Shown piece after piece: positions 54,867 through 63,655 of a DNA stretch of 64,000 nucleotides. Numbering within the stretch: position 1 is the stretch's first letter; every line of letters starts with the position of its first letter. The notes under the pieces are model-generated. The model did no database searches, had not been told where the DNA came from, and saw only the letters and a list, made by a program, of their open reading frames with translations. A program made the translations under genes and the position numbers. The stretch lies in contig CAZEXP010000001.1 in NCBI GenBank assembly GCA_964516845.1, positions 124,665 to 188,664 of the forward strand, in the 5' to 3' direction. The DNA comes from an uncultured bacterium. Lineage in GTDB: Bacteria > Joyebacterota > Joyebacteria > Joyebacterales > Joyebacteraceae.

Positions 54867-55763
54867 ATGACAAAGCGCGGATGTCTCTGGGGATGGTTGG
54901 CGGGAGCGGTGACGCTGCTCCTGATATTCCTCGTCACGATGATCATGATAGAAGCACTGCTCGGAGGAGACGGTGTGCGTCTGCCCTCGTACGGCGCGCA
55001 CGTCGGCCTCGTCCGGATCGAAGGCGTCATCAGCGACTCGAGGAGCGTCATCGACGACCTGCGATTCTTTGAGAAGGCCGGCGGGATCAAGGCTCTGGTG
55101 ATCCGAATCGACAGTCCGGGTGGTGGGGTGGCGGCAACGCAGGAGATCGTCGCCGAGATCGACCGCATCCGAGAGAATGGGATGCCGGTGGTGGCCTCGA
55201 TGGGATCTGTCGCGGCATCAGGCGGATACTACATCGCGTGCTCGGCCGACAGCATCTTCGCCAACGCAGGGACGCTGACTGGCAGCATCGGTGTCATCAT
55301 GAGCTTCACGAATCTTGAGAGCCTGTTCGCCAAACTGGGTATGTCTTTTGACGTTGTCAAGAGCGGTGAGTACAAGGACATCGGCTCCTGGAGCCGCGAG
55401 ATGACCCCGGCGGAACGGGCGCTCCTCCAGGCCACGGTTGACGATATCCACGCGCAGTTCGTCGAGGCGGTCTCCCAGGGACGCGACCTTTCCCTCGAGG
55501 AGGTTGCATCCTTCTCCGATGGCCGCATCTTCTCGGGCCGTGAAGCTCTGTCCCGGAAGCTCGTCGACGGGCTCGGAACGCTCGACGACGCTGTGACGGC
55601 AGCCGGCAGAATGGGGGGTATCGGGGGAGAACCGCGTATCCTGGAGCCGGTCAAGCGCGAACGGTTGACGTTTTTTGACCTGCTGACGGGGAGCCTGGAG
55701 CGCATCCTCCCTGAGACGGCGGTCCCGAGCGGCGCCCTCTACCTGTACAGACCCTCCAAGTGA
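54867..55763 (+). CDS. sppA: Signal peptide peptidase SppA (36K type)
   Basis: N-terminal TM helix. LVIRIDSPGGGV and catalytic GSVAASGGYYIAC / KSGEYKD motifs. Confidence 0.85.
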   Translation: MTKRGCLWGWLAGAVTLLLIFLVTMIMIEALLGGDGVRLPSYGAHVGLVRIEGVISDSRSVIDDLRFFEKAGGIKALVIRIDSPGGGVAATQEIVAEIDRIRENGMPVVASMGSVAASGGYYIACSADSIFANAGTLTGSIGVIMSFTNLESLFAKLGMSFDVVKSGEYKDIGSWSREMTPAERALLQATVDDIHAQFVEAVSQGRDLSLEEVASFSDGRIFSGREALSRKLVDGLGTLDDAVTAAGRMGGIGGEPRILEPVKRERLTFFDLLTGSLERILPETAVPSGALYLYRPSK

Positions 55764-55778
55764 CCTTCAGAAAAGCAT

Positions 55779-55807
55779 TTGACAGCCTCGGGCCGGCTTG
55801 CTAGGAT
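55779..55807 (+). promoter_or_regulatory. Sigma70-type promoter TTGACA-N17-TAGGAT
   Basis: Hexamers read in sequence. The next start codon is about 340 nt downstream. Confidence 0.45.
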
Positions 55808-55814
55808 GTGTCTT

Positions 55815-56150
55815 GAGGTTGTCGGCCTCGCGCCGGCAGTGCAGTCTCCGCAGCGACGCTCGAACAGCCGCCGTACCCGGTAAGGTGCGGGCGGCGACCG
55901 ACTTCGGCCGATGCATCTGCTGGTCGGCACCAGGAGAGGCGATCGCGCGGAAAGACGAGGCAAGATTCTGCAATCCGACAGCTCTCCAGGAGCGAAAGCC
56001 GGGGAAACCTGAGCGGCCTCCCGCATGCAGGCGAGGAGGCTCCGTACGGAGAGCAACCGATGACGCGAAGCACCGCGACGATGCACGACGGCGCAGCACA
56101 CAGCGTTGGAGCGCGATCGCGTGCGGGCTCCACGACGGAGGTTGTGGGTT
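55815..56150 (+). other. Long (~335 nt) GC-rich, structured 5' leader or unassigned ncRNA upstream of the HU-like gene
   Basis: No credible CDS. ORFs here on both strands are Arg/Ala-rich artefacts. Several local hairpins. Confidence 0.25.
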
Positions 56151-56507
56151 ATGACGAAAGCGGACCTTGTCGATCGCGTTGCCAGCACAACCGGACTGAC
56201 GAAGCGTGACGTCGCCGTTGTCGTTGAGGCGCTCCTTGACTCGATCAAAGACGCGCTCGCCGATCACCGGCACATCGAGATTCGGGAGTTCGGGACGTTC
56301 AAAGTGAAGCAACGCAAAGCCAGCATGAAGTACAACCCGAGAGACCGCTCGCAGAAGGTAGTCGTACCTGCGAAGATGGTCCCGGTGTTCAAGCCGAGCA
56401 AGTTCCTGAAGGAGAAGGTTAACTGGCCTGATGAGCGGGGGATCAATCCCCCCGAAGGGGGAGCAGCATCCCCGGAACCGGCCGTCGATAGCAATCCGGC
56501 GGCATGA
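56151..56507 (+). CDS. HU/IHF-family DNA-binding protein with ~25-aa C-terminal tail
   Basis: MTKADLVDRVASTTGLTKRDVAVVVEALLDSI...IREFGTFKVKQRKA...NPRD is the HU/IHF fold. ATG 56151. Confidence 0.85.
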   Translation: MTKADLVDRVASTTGLTKRDVAVVVEALLDSIKDALADHRHIEIREFGTFKVKQRKASMKYNPRDRSQKVVVPAKMVPVFKPSKFLKEKVNWPDERGINPPEGGAASPEPAVDSNPAA

Positions 56508-56515
56508 GGAGGAGT

Positions 56516-56611
56516 ATGCCGAGTCTGAAGAAGAAACGCCGCAAGAAGATGGCGAAGCACAAGCTCAAGAAGAGGCGCAGGAAGGACCGTCACAAGAAGC
56601 GTGTGCGCTAG
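56516..56611 (+). CDS. Unannotated 31-aa highly basic protein, candidate ribosomal protein bS22 (AURKAIP1/mS38-like family)
   Basis: atgccgagtctgaagaagaaacgccgc... encodes MPSLKKKRRKKMAKHKLKKRRRKDRHKKRVR. Preceded by aggagg. Not in the ORF track (below length cutoff). Resembles mycobacterial bS22 [33 protein letters not shown]. Confidence 0.55.
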   Translation: MPSLKKKRRKKMAKHKLKKRRRKDRHKKRVR

Positions 56612-56644
56612 TCCCGCCGGCGGGAATCACCGTCTGGAGGTTCC

Positions 56645-57046
56645 ATGACTGACAAGAAGCAAGGCAGCTGGGAGGGGCGGGAACGCAGGCAGTCGGCTCG
56701 CGTCAGTGCCCAGGTCGCGCTGCAGCTCGGCGGGCTTGACGATTCGATCCCGGGTGAGTCTCTGACGACCGAGAGCATCAATGTCGGCGCCGAAGGTGTG
56801 TACTGTCACGTCAGTCACTTCATCGCACCGCTGACGAAGCTCCAGCTGACGATGGTCCTCCCGATCAGGGACAAGAAGGGACAGTCGCGCAGCGAGGTCC
56901 TCAAGACGGATGCAGTGGTGGTCCGTTGCCAGCCTGCCGGGAGCGAGAGCAGTGGCTACCGGATCGCGTGTTTCTTCACGGGCCTCGAGCCCGCGGCACG
57001 CGAGGTTCTGCAGGACTACGTGCGGCAGCACGTGGCCCCCGCCTAG
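56645..57046 (+). CDS. PilZ-domain (c-di-GMP-binding) protein
   Basis: RBS ggagg. RxxxR motif (RERRQSAR) and D/NxSxxG-like motif (ESINVGAEG). Confidence 0.65.
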   Translation: MTDKKQGSWEGRERRQSARVSAQVALQLGGLDDSIPGESLTTESINVGAEGVYCHVSHFIAPLTKLQLTMVLPIRDKKGQSRSEVLKTDAVVVRCQPAGSESSGYRIACFFTGLEPAAREVLQDYVRQHVAPA

Positions 57047-57095
57047 GGGCACATACTTCGGCCGCGCGAGCGACCTCTCAAACGAAGAACAAAGA

Positions 57096-57125
57096 GAAGG
57101 CCCGACAGATTTCTGTCGGGCCTTC
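57096..57125. terminator. Bidirectional intrinsic terminator (GAAGGCCCGACAG-attt-CTGTCGGGCCTTC); T-rich tail on the minus strand
   Basis: 13-bp perfect stem between the convergent PilZ (+) and OMP (-) genes. Minus-strand reading gives the hairpin followed by tctctttgttcttcgtttg. Confidence 0.55.
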
Positions 57126-57192
57126 TTCCGTATGAGCGATGTCAGCGGCGGCACTGCCGATGTCGGCGGCGATCGACGCGACGGGGACCGCG

Positions 57193-58524
57193 TTAGAAGC
57201 GGTAGGCCGCCTCGATGATAAGGGCCGTCTCATCAACGGACTCGGTGAAATCGTAATCCTCTGCCGACCGTTCGTATGCCGCGGAAAGCCAGGCGACGTC
57301 TATCGCGAGCACGGTGTCGATCAGAATGCCCGCGCCGACCGTCCAGTACGCCCGGTCCTGATCGACCGTCAACCCGCGATACGAGATCGGCCGCGTCATG
57401 AATCCTCCGCGCACACGAATCGGCATTTCCGGTATCGTCACTTCGACGCCCGCGTTGAGATCGTGAGTCGCCTCGTACGCGTCGCGACGGTCAGCCTGGT
57501 CACCCAGGTAGACCCTTCCCTCGTACTCCATCTCGGACCAGTTGGTGTAGCGGTAGTCGCAGCCGACGATCACCAGGTCCACCGGCGACCAGCTCGCGCC
57601 CACACCGAACGTGAACGGAAGCGTCAGCTTGTCCTCGAAACTCACGACCTCGGTCTCGATGCCCCCCGAAGGACCGGTGAGTTCGTCGGTCCTGCGCTCC
57701 GTTCCGGAGAACGTCAGCGTCGTCGGGAGCGTCACCGTCGCACCGGCCGCGAGCTGATCGGTCAGATAGAAGAGCGCGCCAAGCTTGAACCCGAGACCCG
57801 CAACATCGGCTTCGCTGTCGATCGCGAGGTTGTACGTCTCGTAGTCGGCCGACACACCGTGGTCATCACGTGCCGTGTAGAGGAAGGTCCGTTCGTACGT
57901 CCCTCCAATGATCGAGACCGCCGCGCCGATCGAGACGTTCTCCGAGGCATCGAACGCCGCGGCAAGCGTCCCCGCATACATGTCGCCGTTGCTCAGCAGG
58001 TCCTCGGTCTGGCCCCAGGCTGACGTGTAGTAGAGGCTGTCGGACGGCTCGTACCAGGTCAGCGAGTCATCGTACGTCGCGAGGAAATCGGCATCCAGCC
58101 CGTACACCCTCTCGAACCCCAACCCGACCACGAGCGAACCGCGGAAAGTGGGGAACGGGTAGGCGAAGCGGAGCGCGGAAAGGCTCGTGCTCGTGATGTC
58201 GGTCTCGTATTCGCTCCCGAGCGCGTCGCCGGAACGGCCCCGCCCATCGAAGACGAAGCCGCCGGAGAGCTCCACTCGCCGCAACCGGGCGAGCGCCGCC
58301 GGGTTCGTGAGCATCGCCGAGCCGTCGTCCGCCGTTGCCAGCGCCACGCCACCCATCCCGAGCGACCTGGCCCCGGTCATCGTTGCGTTCGCGAACGGTA
58401 TCTCCGTGAGCGGCGCGACGTATCCGTCGTACGCGGACGCCGGCAGCGATCCGGTCGTGAGAGCGGCCGTGACGATGAGGGCTGCCAGGGCCGTGCGCAT
58501 CGTGCGGTCCATGAGAGTCATCAT
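57193..58524 (-). CDS. Outer-membrane beta-barrel protein (FadL/PorV-like), C-terminal aromatic residue
   Basis: Signal peptide. Alternating amphipathic beta-strand pattern. Ends ...IIEAAYRF, the typical OMP C-terminal Phe. Confidence 0.7.
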   Translation of the reverse strand: MMTLMDRTMRTALAALIVTAALTTGSLPASAYDGYVAPLTEIPFANATMTGARSLGMGGVALATADDGSAMLTNPAALARLRRVELSGGFVFDGRGRSGDALGSEYETDITSTSLSALRFAYPFPTFRGSLVVGLGFERVYGLDADFLATYDDSLTWYEPSDSLYYTSAWGQTEDLLSNGDMYAGTLAAAFDASENVSIGAAVSIIGGTYERTFLYTARDDHGVSADYETYNLAIDSEADVAGLGFKLGALFYLTDQLAAGATVTLPTTLTFSGTERRTDELTGPSGGIETEVVSFEDKLTLPFTFGVGASWSPVDLVIVGCDYRYTNWSEMEYEGRVYLGDQADRRDAYEATHDLNAGVEVTIPEMPIRVRGGFMTRPISYRGLTVDQDRAYWTVGAGILIDTVLAIDVAWLSAAYERSAEDYDFTESVDETALIIEAAYRF

Positions 58525-59090
58525 CAGAATCCCTTCTTCCGCTCTTTCCAGAGCCCGCTGTCATCGGTGCCGCTGTCGTCATCGTCATCCGTGTCCGGCT
58601 TCTTTGGTGTCTCATCCTTGCTGCCGGTCGAAGGCTGGCTCGGCTGCTGCGCGGGAGGCGGAGGTGTTCGTGTCCCGCTCTCCGGTGCGCCAGAGGAACC
58701 GAATCCCCATCCCTTCGTCGGCCAACCGCCGGCTCCCCACAGGTGTCGAACGCCGGTCTCGGGCTCGGGTCCCGGCTCGCCGGGGTCGTCGTAGTAGCCG
58801 TCGTCGTGCCACCACGAGTCGTTGTCATACCACCACGGAGAACCGTAGTAGTCGTTCCAGCGGTAGTGACTCGACCCGTAGCGATAATACGGATGGTAGT
58901 AGGCCGCATCCGAGTGACAGTCGGCGCAGCTCCTGTAGCCCTGGGAATGGTACCCGACGTCCCCGCGCGTATAGTCGGCGCCCGTCGTCAGGTCGTTCCC
59001 GGTCGGGTGCCTGAGAACCGTGTAACACCCGGCCAGAGATACCAGGAGCGCGGCTGCCACCGCGATGAGTAGCACTCTTGTTCGATTCAT
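58524..59090 (-). CDS. Small Tyr/Trp/His-rich lipoprotein with a single CxxCH motif
   Basis: ATG 59090 with RBS ggaggag. Lipobox LAGC. YRSCADCHSDAAYYHPYYRY. Acidic Pro-rich tail. Stop overlaps the OMP start by 1 nt (TGATG). Confidence 0.65.
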   Translation of the reverse strand: MNRTRVLLIAVAAALLVSLAGCYTVLRHPTGNDLTTGADYTRGDVGYHSQGYRSCADCHSDAAYYHPYYRYGSSHYRWNDYYGSPWWYDNDSWWHDDGYYDDPGEPGPEPETGVRHLWGAGGWPTKGWGFGSSGAPESGTRTPPPPAQQPSQPSTGSKDETPKKPDTDDDDDSGTDDSGLWKERKKGF

Positions 59091-59295
59091 GGTCGTTGCT
59101 CCTCCGGGACGCCGGCACCCCGACCCGGCGCGTTCGCCTGAGCGCGAGAGCGTCGTGGCCGCGGGCGATCGTTGTGAGCATCGAACGATTCGACGCCCTG
59201 TACGTCCTGTCATTCAAGGTAGCACAGGAAGAGCCCCCGGGCAATCAGGCTTCGCTCCACGCAAGCCTGCGCCGCGGTCGCCCGGCCGGGCCCGC

Positions 59296-59324
59296 TTGTG
59301 AACGCCCGAGGCCCGTGATAGACT
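59296..59324 (+). promoter_or_regulatory. Sigma70-type promoter TTGTGA-N17-(TGa)TAGACT upstream of the TPR gene
   Basis: Shares the cTGATAGACTGC motif with the BMC promoter at 48118. Confidence 0.4.
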
Positions 59325-59351
59325 GCTGAAGAACCTTTCCCTGGAGCCATA

Positions 59352-60725
59352 ATGATGCGCAGTTCCGAACGCAATACCGCACCACCGAGACCACGCCGGA
59401 TCCCGGCGGCACGGAGGGCTCACACTCTGACGGCCGTTCTGGCCGTAATCCTGATCGCGATCGCGGTCACCCCGTCTTTCGGTTTCGTCCCATCGACGGT
59501 CCGTGAGATCGACGCGGCGGCCGAGGGATACCTCCACTACAGCCTGGGTCGTCTGATGGAGGTGGAGGGACTTCTCGCCGAAGCGCTGGTCCAGTACCGG
59601 CGTGCCCACTCCCTCAACCCGGGCGACTGCGAGCTTCCGACGGCGACGGCCCGGGTGCTCCTCGAGATGGGCAGACTTGAGGAGGCTCTCGAGCGAGCGC
59701 GCGTGGCGCGCAACGGGTGCCCGGACGCGGAGGAACCGCTCGCGGTCGAGGCCGACGCGCTGCTTCTCCTCGAGCGTCCCGAAGAGGCCGAGGCAATCCT
59801 CACGCGCGCATTCGAGGAGGCCGGCGTTGCAATCGACCACGCCGCGGGTCTCTCCACACATCTCGTCGTCCTGCTCGGGCGCTCTCTCGAAGCGCAGGGC
59901 AGGATGGAGGAAGCTCGCACGCTCTATGCCGGCGTGGCCGTGGCGGACACGCTCGAACCGGAGATGGCTTTCCTCTACGCGCGCGCGTCCCTGCTGCTCG
60001 GCGATACGGATACGGCCCTGCGCGAGCTCTGGCGCTCCCACACGCTCCAGCCGTCCAACAGACAGGCGGCGGCGATGCTCGCTCGTCTGCTCGACTCCCT
60101 CGACCGGCACGAGGAGGCTCTGCCGGTCCTTGAGAGACTCGTTGAGCGTGGCGACGCAACGACGGCCGAGTACTTCGCTCTGGCCCGCGCCCACGCGCTC
60201 AGCGGCGACCTCGACCGCTCACAGGCGGTGCTCGATGACGCGACGCGGATATGGGGAGAGACGCCTCCGCTTCTCAGGGCTCGCGCGTCCATCTACTTCG
60301 CGGCGGGACAAAGCGACAGCGCCGTGGCGGTCCACCGAAGACTCATCGAACAGGACCCCGGCGCGGTGACATCGCTGAACTTCCTCGCGTATGAACTCGC
60401 CGACAAGGGAGAGAGCCTCGAAGAGGCGCTCGCTCTGGCCACCCGCGCTCGTGAGCTGTCACCCGAGAGCCCGCTCGTGCGCGACACTCTCGGATGGACC
60501 TATTTCAGACTTGCTCGATACGACGAGGCCGTTCAGGAACTTGAGCTGGCCGTCTCGTTGGGCGCTGACAGCGCGGTCGTGCTCGAACATCTTGGCGACG
60601 CGTACGATGCCCTCGGTCGAACGGACGACGCCAGAGATGCGTGGACGCGTGCCCTGGAGCTCGACCCGGAGCGGAACACGACCCTGCAGAGGCTCACCGG
60701 CGGAGCGCCACATGGCGAACGATAG
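59352..60725 (+). CDS. Secreted/anchored TPR-repeat protein
   Basis: N-terminal hydrophobic segment, then at least 8 TPR-like helical pairs. Confidence 0.75.
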   Translation: MMRSSERNTAPPRPRRIPAARRAHTLTAVLAVILIAIAVTPSFGFVPSTVREIDAAAEGYLHYSLGRLMEVEGLLAEALVQYRRAHSLNPGDCELPTATARVLLEMGRLEEALERARVARNGCPDAEEPLAVEADALLLLERPEEAEAILTRAFEEAGVAIDHAAGLSTHLVVLLGRSLEAQGRMEEARTLYAGVAVADTLEPEMAFLYARASLLLGDTDTALRELWRSHTLQPSNRQAAAMLARLLDSLDRHEEALPVLERLVERGDATTAEYFALARAHALSGDLDRSQAVLDDATRIWGETPPLLRARASIYFAAGQSDSAVAVHRRLIEQDPGAVTSLNFLAYELADKGESLEEALALATRARELSPESPLVRDTLGWTYFRLARYDEAVQELELAVSLGADSAVVLEHLGDAYDALGRTDDARDAWTRALELDPERNTTLQRLTGGAPHGER

Positions 60726-61524
60726 ACCGATGCGCATCTCGATCCGTCTTGCCGTCACGCTCGTCGCGCTCGCACTCGTGGCCGGGTGCGGGGGAATGCG
60801 CGTGCCGACGGAATCATTGACCGCGTCGGACCTCGACCGGATCGCGGCCGAGGTCGACGCGACGGCCCGGGATCTCACCGCGCTCCGCGGCACGGGCAGC
60901 GGCCTGCTCTCATCGGACGATCACAGGACTCCGTTCGCCTTCGCCGTCGTCTACGATCGCGCGGGCTGGCTTCGAGCCGACATTCGTCCCTCGTCGCCGG
61001 CCGCCCCGAGCGGCTTCACGGCCCAGATCCTCGTCGAACAGGAGTGTGCCGACATGCTCTTCCCTTCGAGTCTCGTCATCGTCACAGGGTGTCTCGACAC
61101 CGTTCCGTTCGCGGACCCCGCGCTCCTGCTGTTCGGCGCTGTCAGGGGTGAAGACATTCTCGGGCTCGAAGATCCCGTCGCCGCCGAAGATCACGAATCG
61201 ATGCGGCTCACGGGGCGGCGCGGCGAGACGCGGATCGACCTGACGCTCGACCGCGATACACACCGGCTCACGAGCATTGAGGTCCGCAGCGATGATGACG
61301 ACTGGCTCTCCATCGAGTACGATGGTCACGGGTGGAAGGATTCGCTGCCGCTTCCGCGGACCACGATCATCAGGTTTGGTCGGAAGGGGCGCACGCAGGC
61401 CAGACTCCGGTTTGAGTTCGACCGATTGCGGGCCATCGACCCCGTCGACCGAACCGCACTCGATCTTGTCGTTCCACCCGGCACAACGGTTTCCGGTTGG
61501 GAAGACCTCGCTCTCTGGAGGTAG
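60712..61524 (+). CDS. Lipoprotein, LolB/DUF4292-like
   Basis: ATG 60712 overlaps the TPR gene end. Lipobox LVAGC. Confidence 0.55.
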   Translation: MANDRPMRISIRLAVTLVALALVAGCGGMRVPTESLTASDLDRIAAEVDATARDLTALRGTGSGLLSSDDHRTPFAFAVVYDRAGWLRADIRPSSPAAPSGFTAQILVEQECADMLFPSSLVIVTGCLDTVPFADPALLLFGAVRGEDILGLEDPVAAEDHESMRLTGRRGETRIDLTLDRDTHRLTSIEVRSDDDDWLSIEYDGHGWKDSLPLPRTTIIRFGRKGRTQARLRFEFDRLRAIDPVDRTALDLVVPPGTTVSGWEDLALWR

Positions 61525-61527
61525 CTC

Positions 61528-62514
61528 ATGAGATCAGTAGTCTGCACACTTGTCGCCCTCGCAGCGCTCACGACGGGCTGCACCGGGCCGACGATGCCGG
61601 CCTTCGGCGAGACCGACGATCTGGTGATCATCATCGACGCGTCAGCGAGCGCTGCGCTCCGGGACGGGCTGTCCTCCGTCTTCGAGGCGGTGGACACGTG
61701 GCTCGTCCGCGAGCCCTGTTTCGACGTTGTGTTCGCAACACCCCGGCAGCTCGGCGACTACACCAGCTGGCGCAACATACTTCTCTGCGGCACGTGGAAC
61801 GGGGGAGAGACGGCGGACGTCGTGCGGAGCAGGGTTCCGGGCGTCCCGCTCACCGACGATGCGACCCTGACGACGTCGACCGATGTCTGGGCCGGCCGTC
61901 AGGTCGTTGCCGCGCTCATGGCGGGCTCTGAGGAGCAGCTCCTGTCCTTCCTCGCAACGGAGGGAGACGCTCTCAGGTCCGAGCTGACGAACGACATCAG
62001 GGAGCGCCTCGTCACCGCGCTCTGCCAGGACACCCGAACTTCGGGGCGCCGCGACGCGCTCGAAGAAAGGTTCGGCTGGACGATCTGCGTACCCGAGGAC
62101 TACGAGCTCGACACCGGCGCGGAGCGCGACGGATTCGTCAGGTTCGACCGACGGCAGCCCGACCGCTACGTGTTCATCTCGTGGCGTCCCGGAACGCCCG
62201 GCGACGTCACCCGCGAGTACGCGACATCGGAGCGCGACCGTCTCTGTTCGCTCTACCACAACGGCGACACCCTCCAGGACCGCAGACCGGTCCTCGCGGA
62301 CACGGTCCAGCTGGCCGACGAGCCGGCGCTGAGGTTGCGCGGCTGGTGGGGGAACAGAGAGCTCTCCGGAGGCGGCCCCTTCATCTCGTACTGCCTCTAC
62401 GCGCCGGACGACGGGCTCGTCTACTTCATCGACGCCAGTCTCTTTGCGCCGGGACAGGACAAGACACCACTGATGCGGCATCTCGACGGCGTCCTGATGA
62501 CGTTCCGTCCGTAG
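61528..62514 (+). CDS. Hypothetical lipoprotein
   Basis: Lipobox LTTGC. No recognisable domain. Confidence 0.6.
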   Translation: MRSVVCTLVALAALTTGCTGPTMPAFGETDDLVIIIDASASAALRDGLSSVFEAVDTWLVREPCFDVVFATPRQLGDYTSWRNILLCGTWNGGETADVVRSRVPGVPLTDDATLTTSTDVWAGRQVVAALMAGSEEQLLSFLATEGDALRSELTNDIRERLVTALCQDTRTSGRRDALEERFGWTICVPEDYELDTGAERDGFVRFDRRQPDRYVFISWRPGTPGDVTREYATSERDRLCSLYHNGDTLQDRRPVLADTVQLADEPALRLRGWWGNRELSGGGPFISYCLYAPDDGLVYFIDASLFAPGQDKTPLMRHLDGVLMTFRP

Positions 62515-62589
62515 CCGATCGCGCCCGACCTCGCGCGCCGCGTTCTCCTCCGCCGCGCACTGCGGCTCCATCAGCGGACTCGGGCGGGG

Positions 62590-62618
62590 TTGACAGAGGA
62601 GGCACGCTCTGATAGCGT
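62590..62618 (+). promoter_or_regulatory. Possible promoter TTGACA-N17-TAGCGT (motif ctcTGATAGcgt related to the 48118 and 59317 elements)
   Basis: The TTG that the ORF track uses as a start at 62590 is the -35 hexamer. Confidence 0.35.
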
Positions 62619-62688
62619 TCCCGCGTCGGATAGAGAATGTGATCAGGATCTAACATGGCGTTCTCAGGCGGCAGATGAGGCTTCCACG

Positions 62689-63438
62689 ATGAGAGAGCTG
62701 CGACCCCTCGAGGACGCGATATCCAGACTTGAACGCGTGTTCGCCACGCAGCGCAGCGTGCGCGTCGTTGCGCCGCTCGCCGAGGCGTACCGCATCGAGC
62801 GCCGGCTTGGTGAGGCCGAGGCGACGGCGCGGGACGGCATCCGCGACTACCCGGACAGCATATCGATTCGTGTCGTGCTGGCCCGGTCGCTCCGCGACCA
62901 GGGACGCGACACGGATGCCCGGGAGGCCTTCCGTGAGGTCGTGCGCCTGGACCCCGAGAACATGGAGGCGCTGGTGTTCGTGGGTTCCACGCCGGATCCC
63001 AGGTGGGAGAACCCGCTCGAACCCGTGGAACACGCCACCGGGCGGGAGGCGCCGCGGCCGCAGGAGGAGATCGATGCCGCGCCGAAGGCTGAGCTTTCGG
63101 CTGAGTCACCGCGTGGCGCGCCCGAAGACGACGGGCTTCCCCGCTCGGAGAAACCAGCCGCCGCGGTGGAACCGACATCAGAGCCCGTCTCCCTGACAAG
63201 CGAACTGGCGCATCTCTCGGACCTCTTCGGTCCGTCGCCCCCGAACCCTGCGGACCGCGATGGTGCGGGGGAGTTGAGCGGGATCGCGACGCTCACGCTC
63301 GCTGAGATCTACGCGAGGCAGGGCCTGCCCGACAAGGCCGTCGAGGTCTGCCAGCAGATCCTCGCGAAGGACCCGGAGAACGCGAACGCTCTTCGTCGTC
63401 TTGAGGAATACGAGCGCGCCCTGGCCGAGTCGCGCTGA
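62689..63438 (+). CDS. TPR-repeat protein
   Basis: ATG 62689 (MRELRPLEDAI...). Two TPR-like blocks flank a low-complexity acidic/Pro linker. Confidence 0.6.
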   Translation: MRELRPLEDAISRLERVFATQRSVRVVAPLAEAYRIERRLGEAEATARDGIRDYPDSISIRVVLARSLRDQGRDTDAREAFREVVRLDPENMEALVFVGSTPDPRWENPLEPVEHATGREAPRPQEEIDAAPKAELSAESPRGAPEDDGLPRSEKPAAAVEPTSEPVSLTSELAHLSDLFGPSPPNPADRDGAGELSGIATLTLAEIYARQGLPDKAVEVCQQILAKDPENANALRRLEEYERALAESR

Positions 63439-63626
63439 ACTGCGTCACACGTTTTCGGCCACGCAATACCCCGCATCCCGGCGACGAACTCGCCGGGACG
63501 CGCGCACCTGAAGCCCTCGGGCCGACTTCGTGCGGGACACGCGGGCCACGCCGACCGTCCGACGGACGTCCGATCAGACCCCGCAACCGGCGGGCAGGAG
63601 CGAAGTTGCGGCCGGGAACATACCGG

Positions 63627-63655
63627 TTGACGGGTGGTGGTGGCGGATGTATTCT
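63627..63655 (+). promoter_or_regulatory. Sigma70-type promoter TTGACG-N17-TATTCT upstream of efp
   Basis: Read in sequence about 70 nt upstream of the efp ATG. Confidence 0.4.

Noticed and set aside
55815-56150. RNase P RNA, SRP RNA or tmRNA in the long HU leader
   Set aside because: Lacks GGAAAGUCCGG / AGGGUGAAANGGUG (RNase P), GGAAGCAGCC (SRP) and the tmRNA 5'/3' acceptor motifs. Left as an unassigned leader.
56431-56652. Track ORF 56431..56652 (73 aa, acidic)
   Set aside because: It is in a different frame overlapping the HU tail and the bS22-like ORF. It has low-complexity Glu-rich translation and no RBS.
62590-62688. TTG start at 62590 for the last TPR gene
   Set aside because: The TTG is the first base of a TTGACA -35 hexamer with a matching -10 17 nt downstream. 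The first in-frame ATG with an SD is 62689.
63477-63497. Hairpin CCCGGCGA-cgaac-TCGCCGGG after the last TPR gene as a terminator
   Set aside because: Only an 8-bp stem and no T-tract. Too weak to call.
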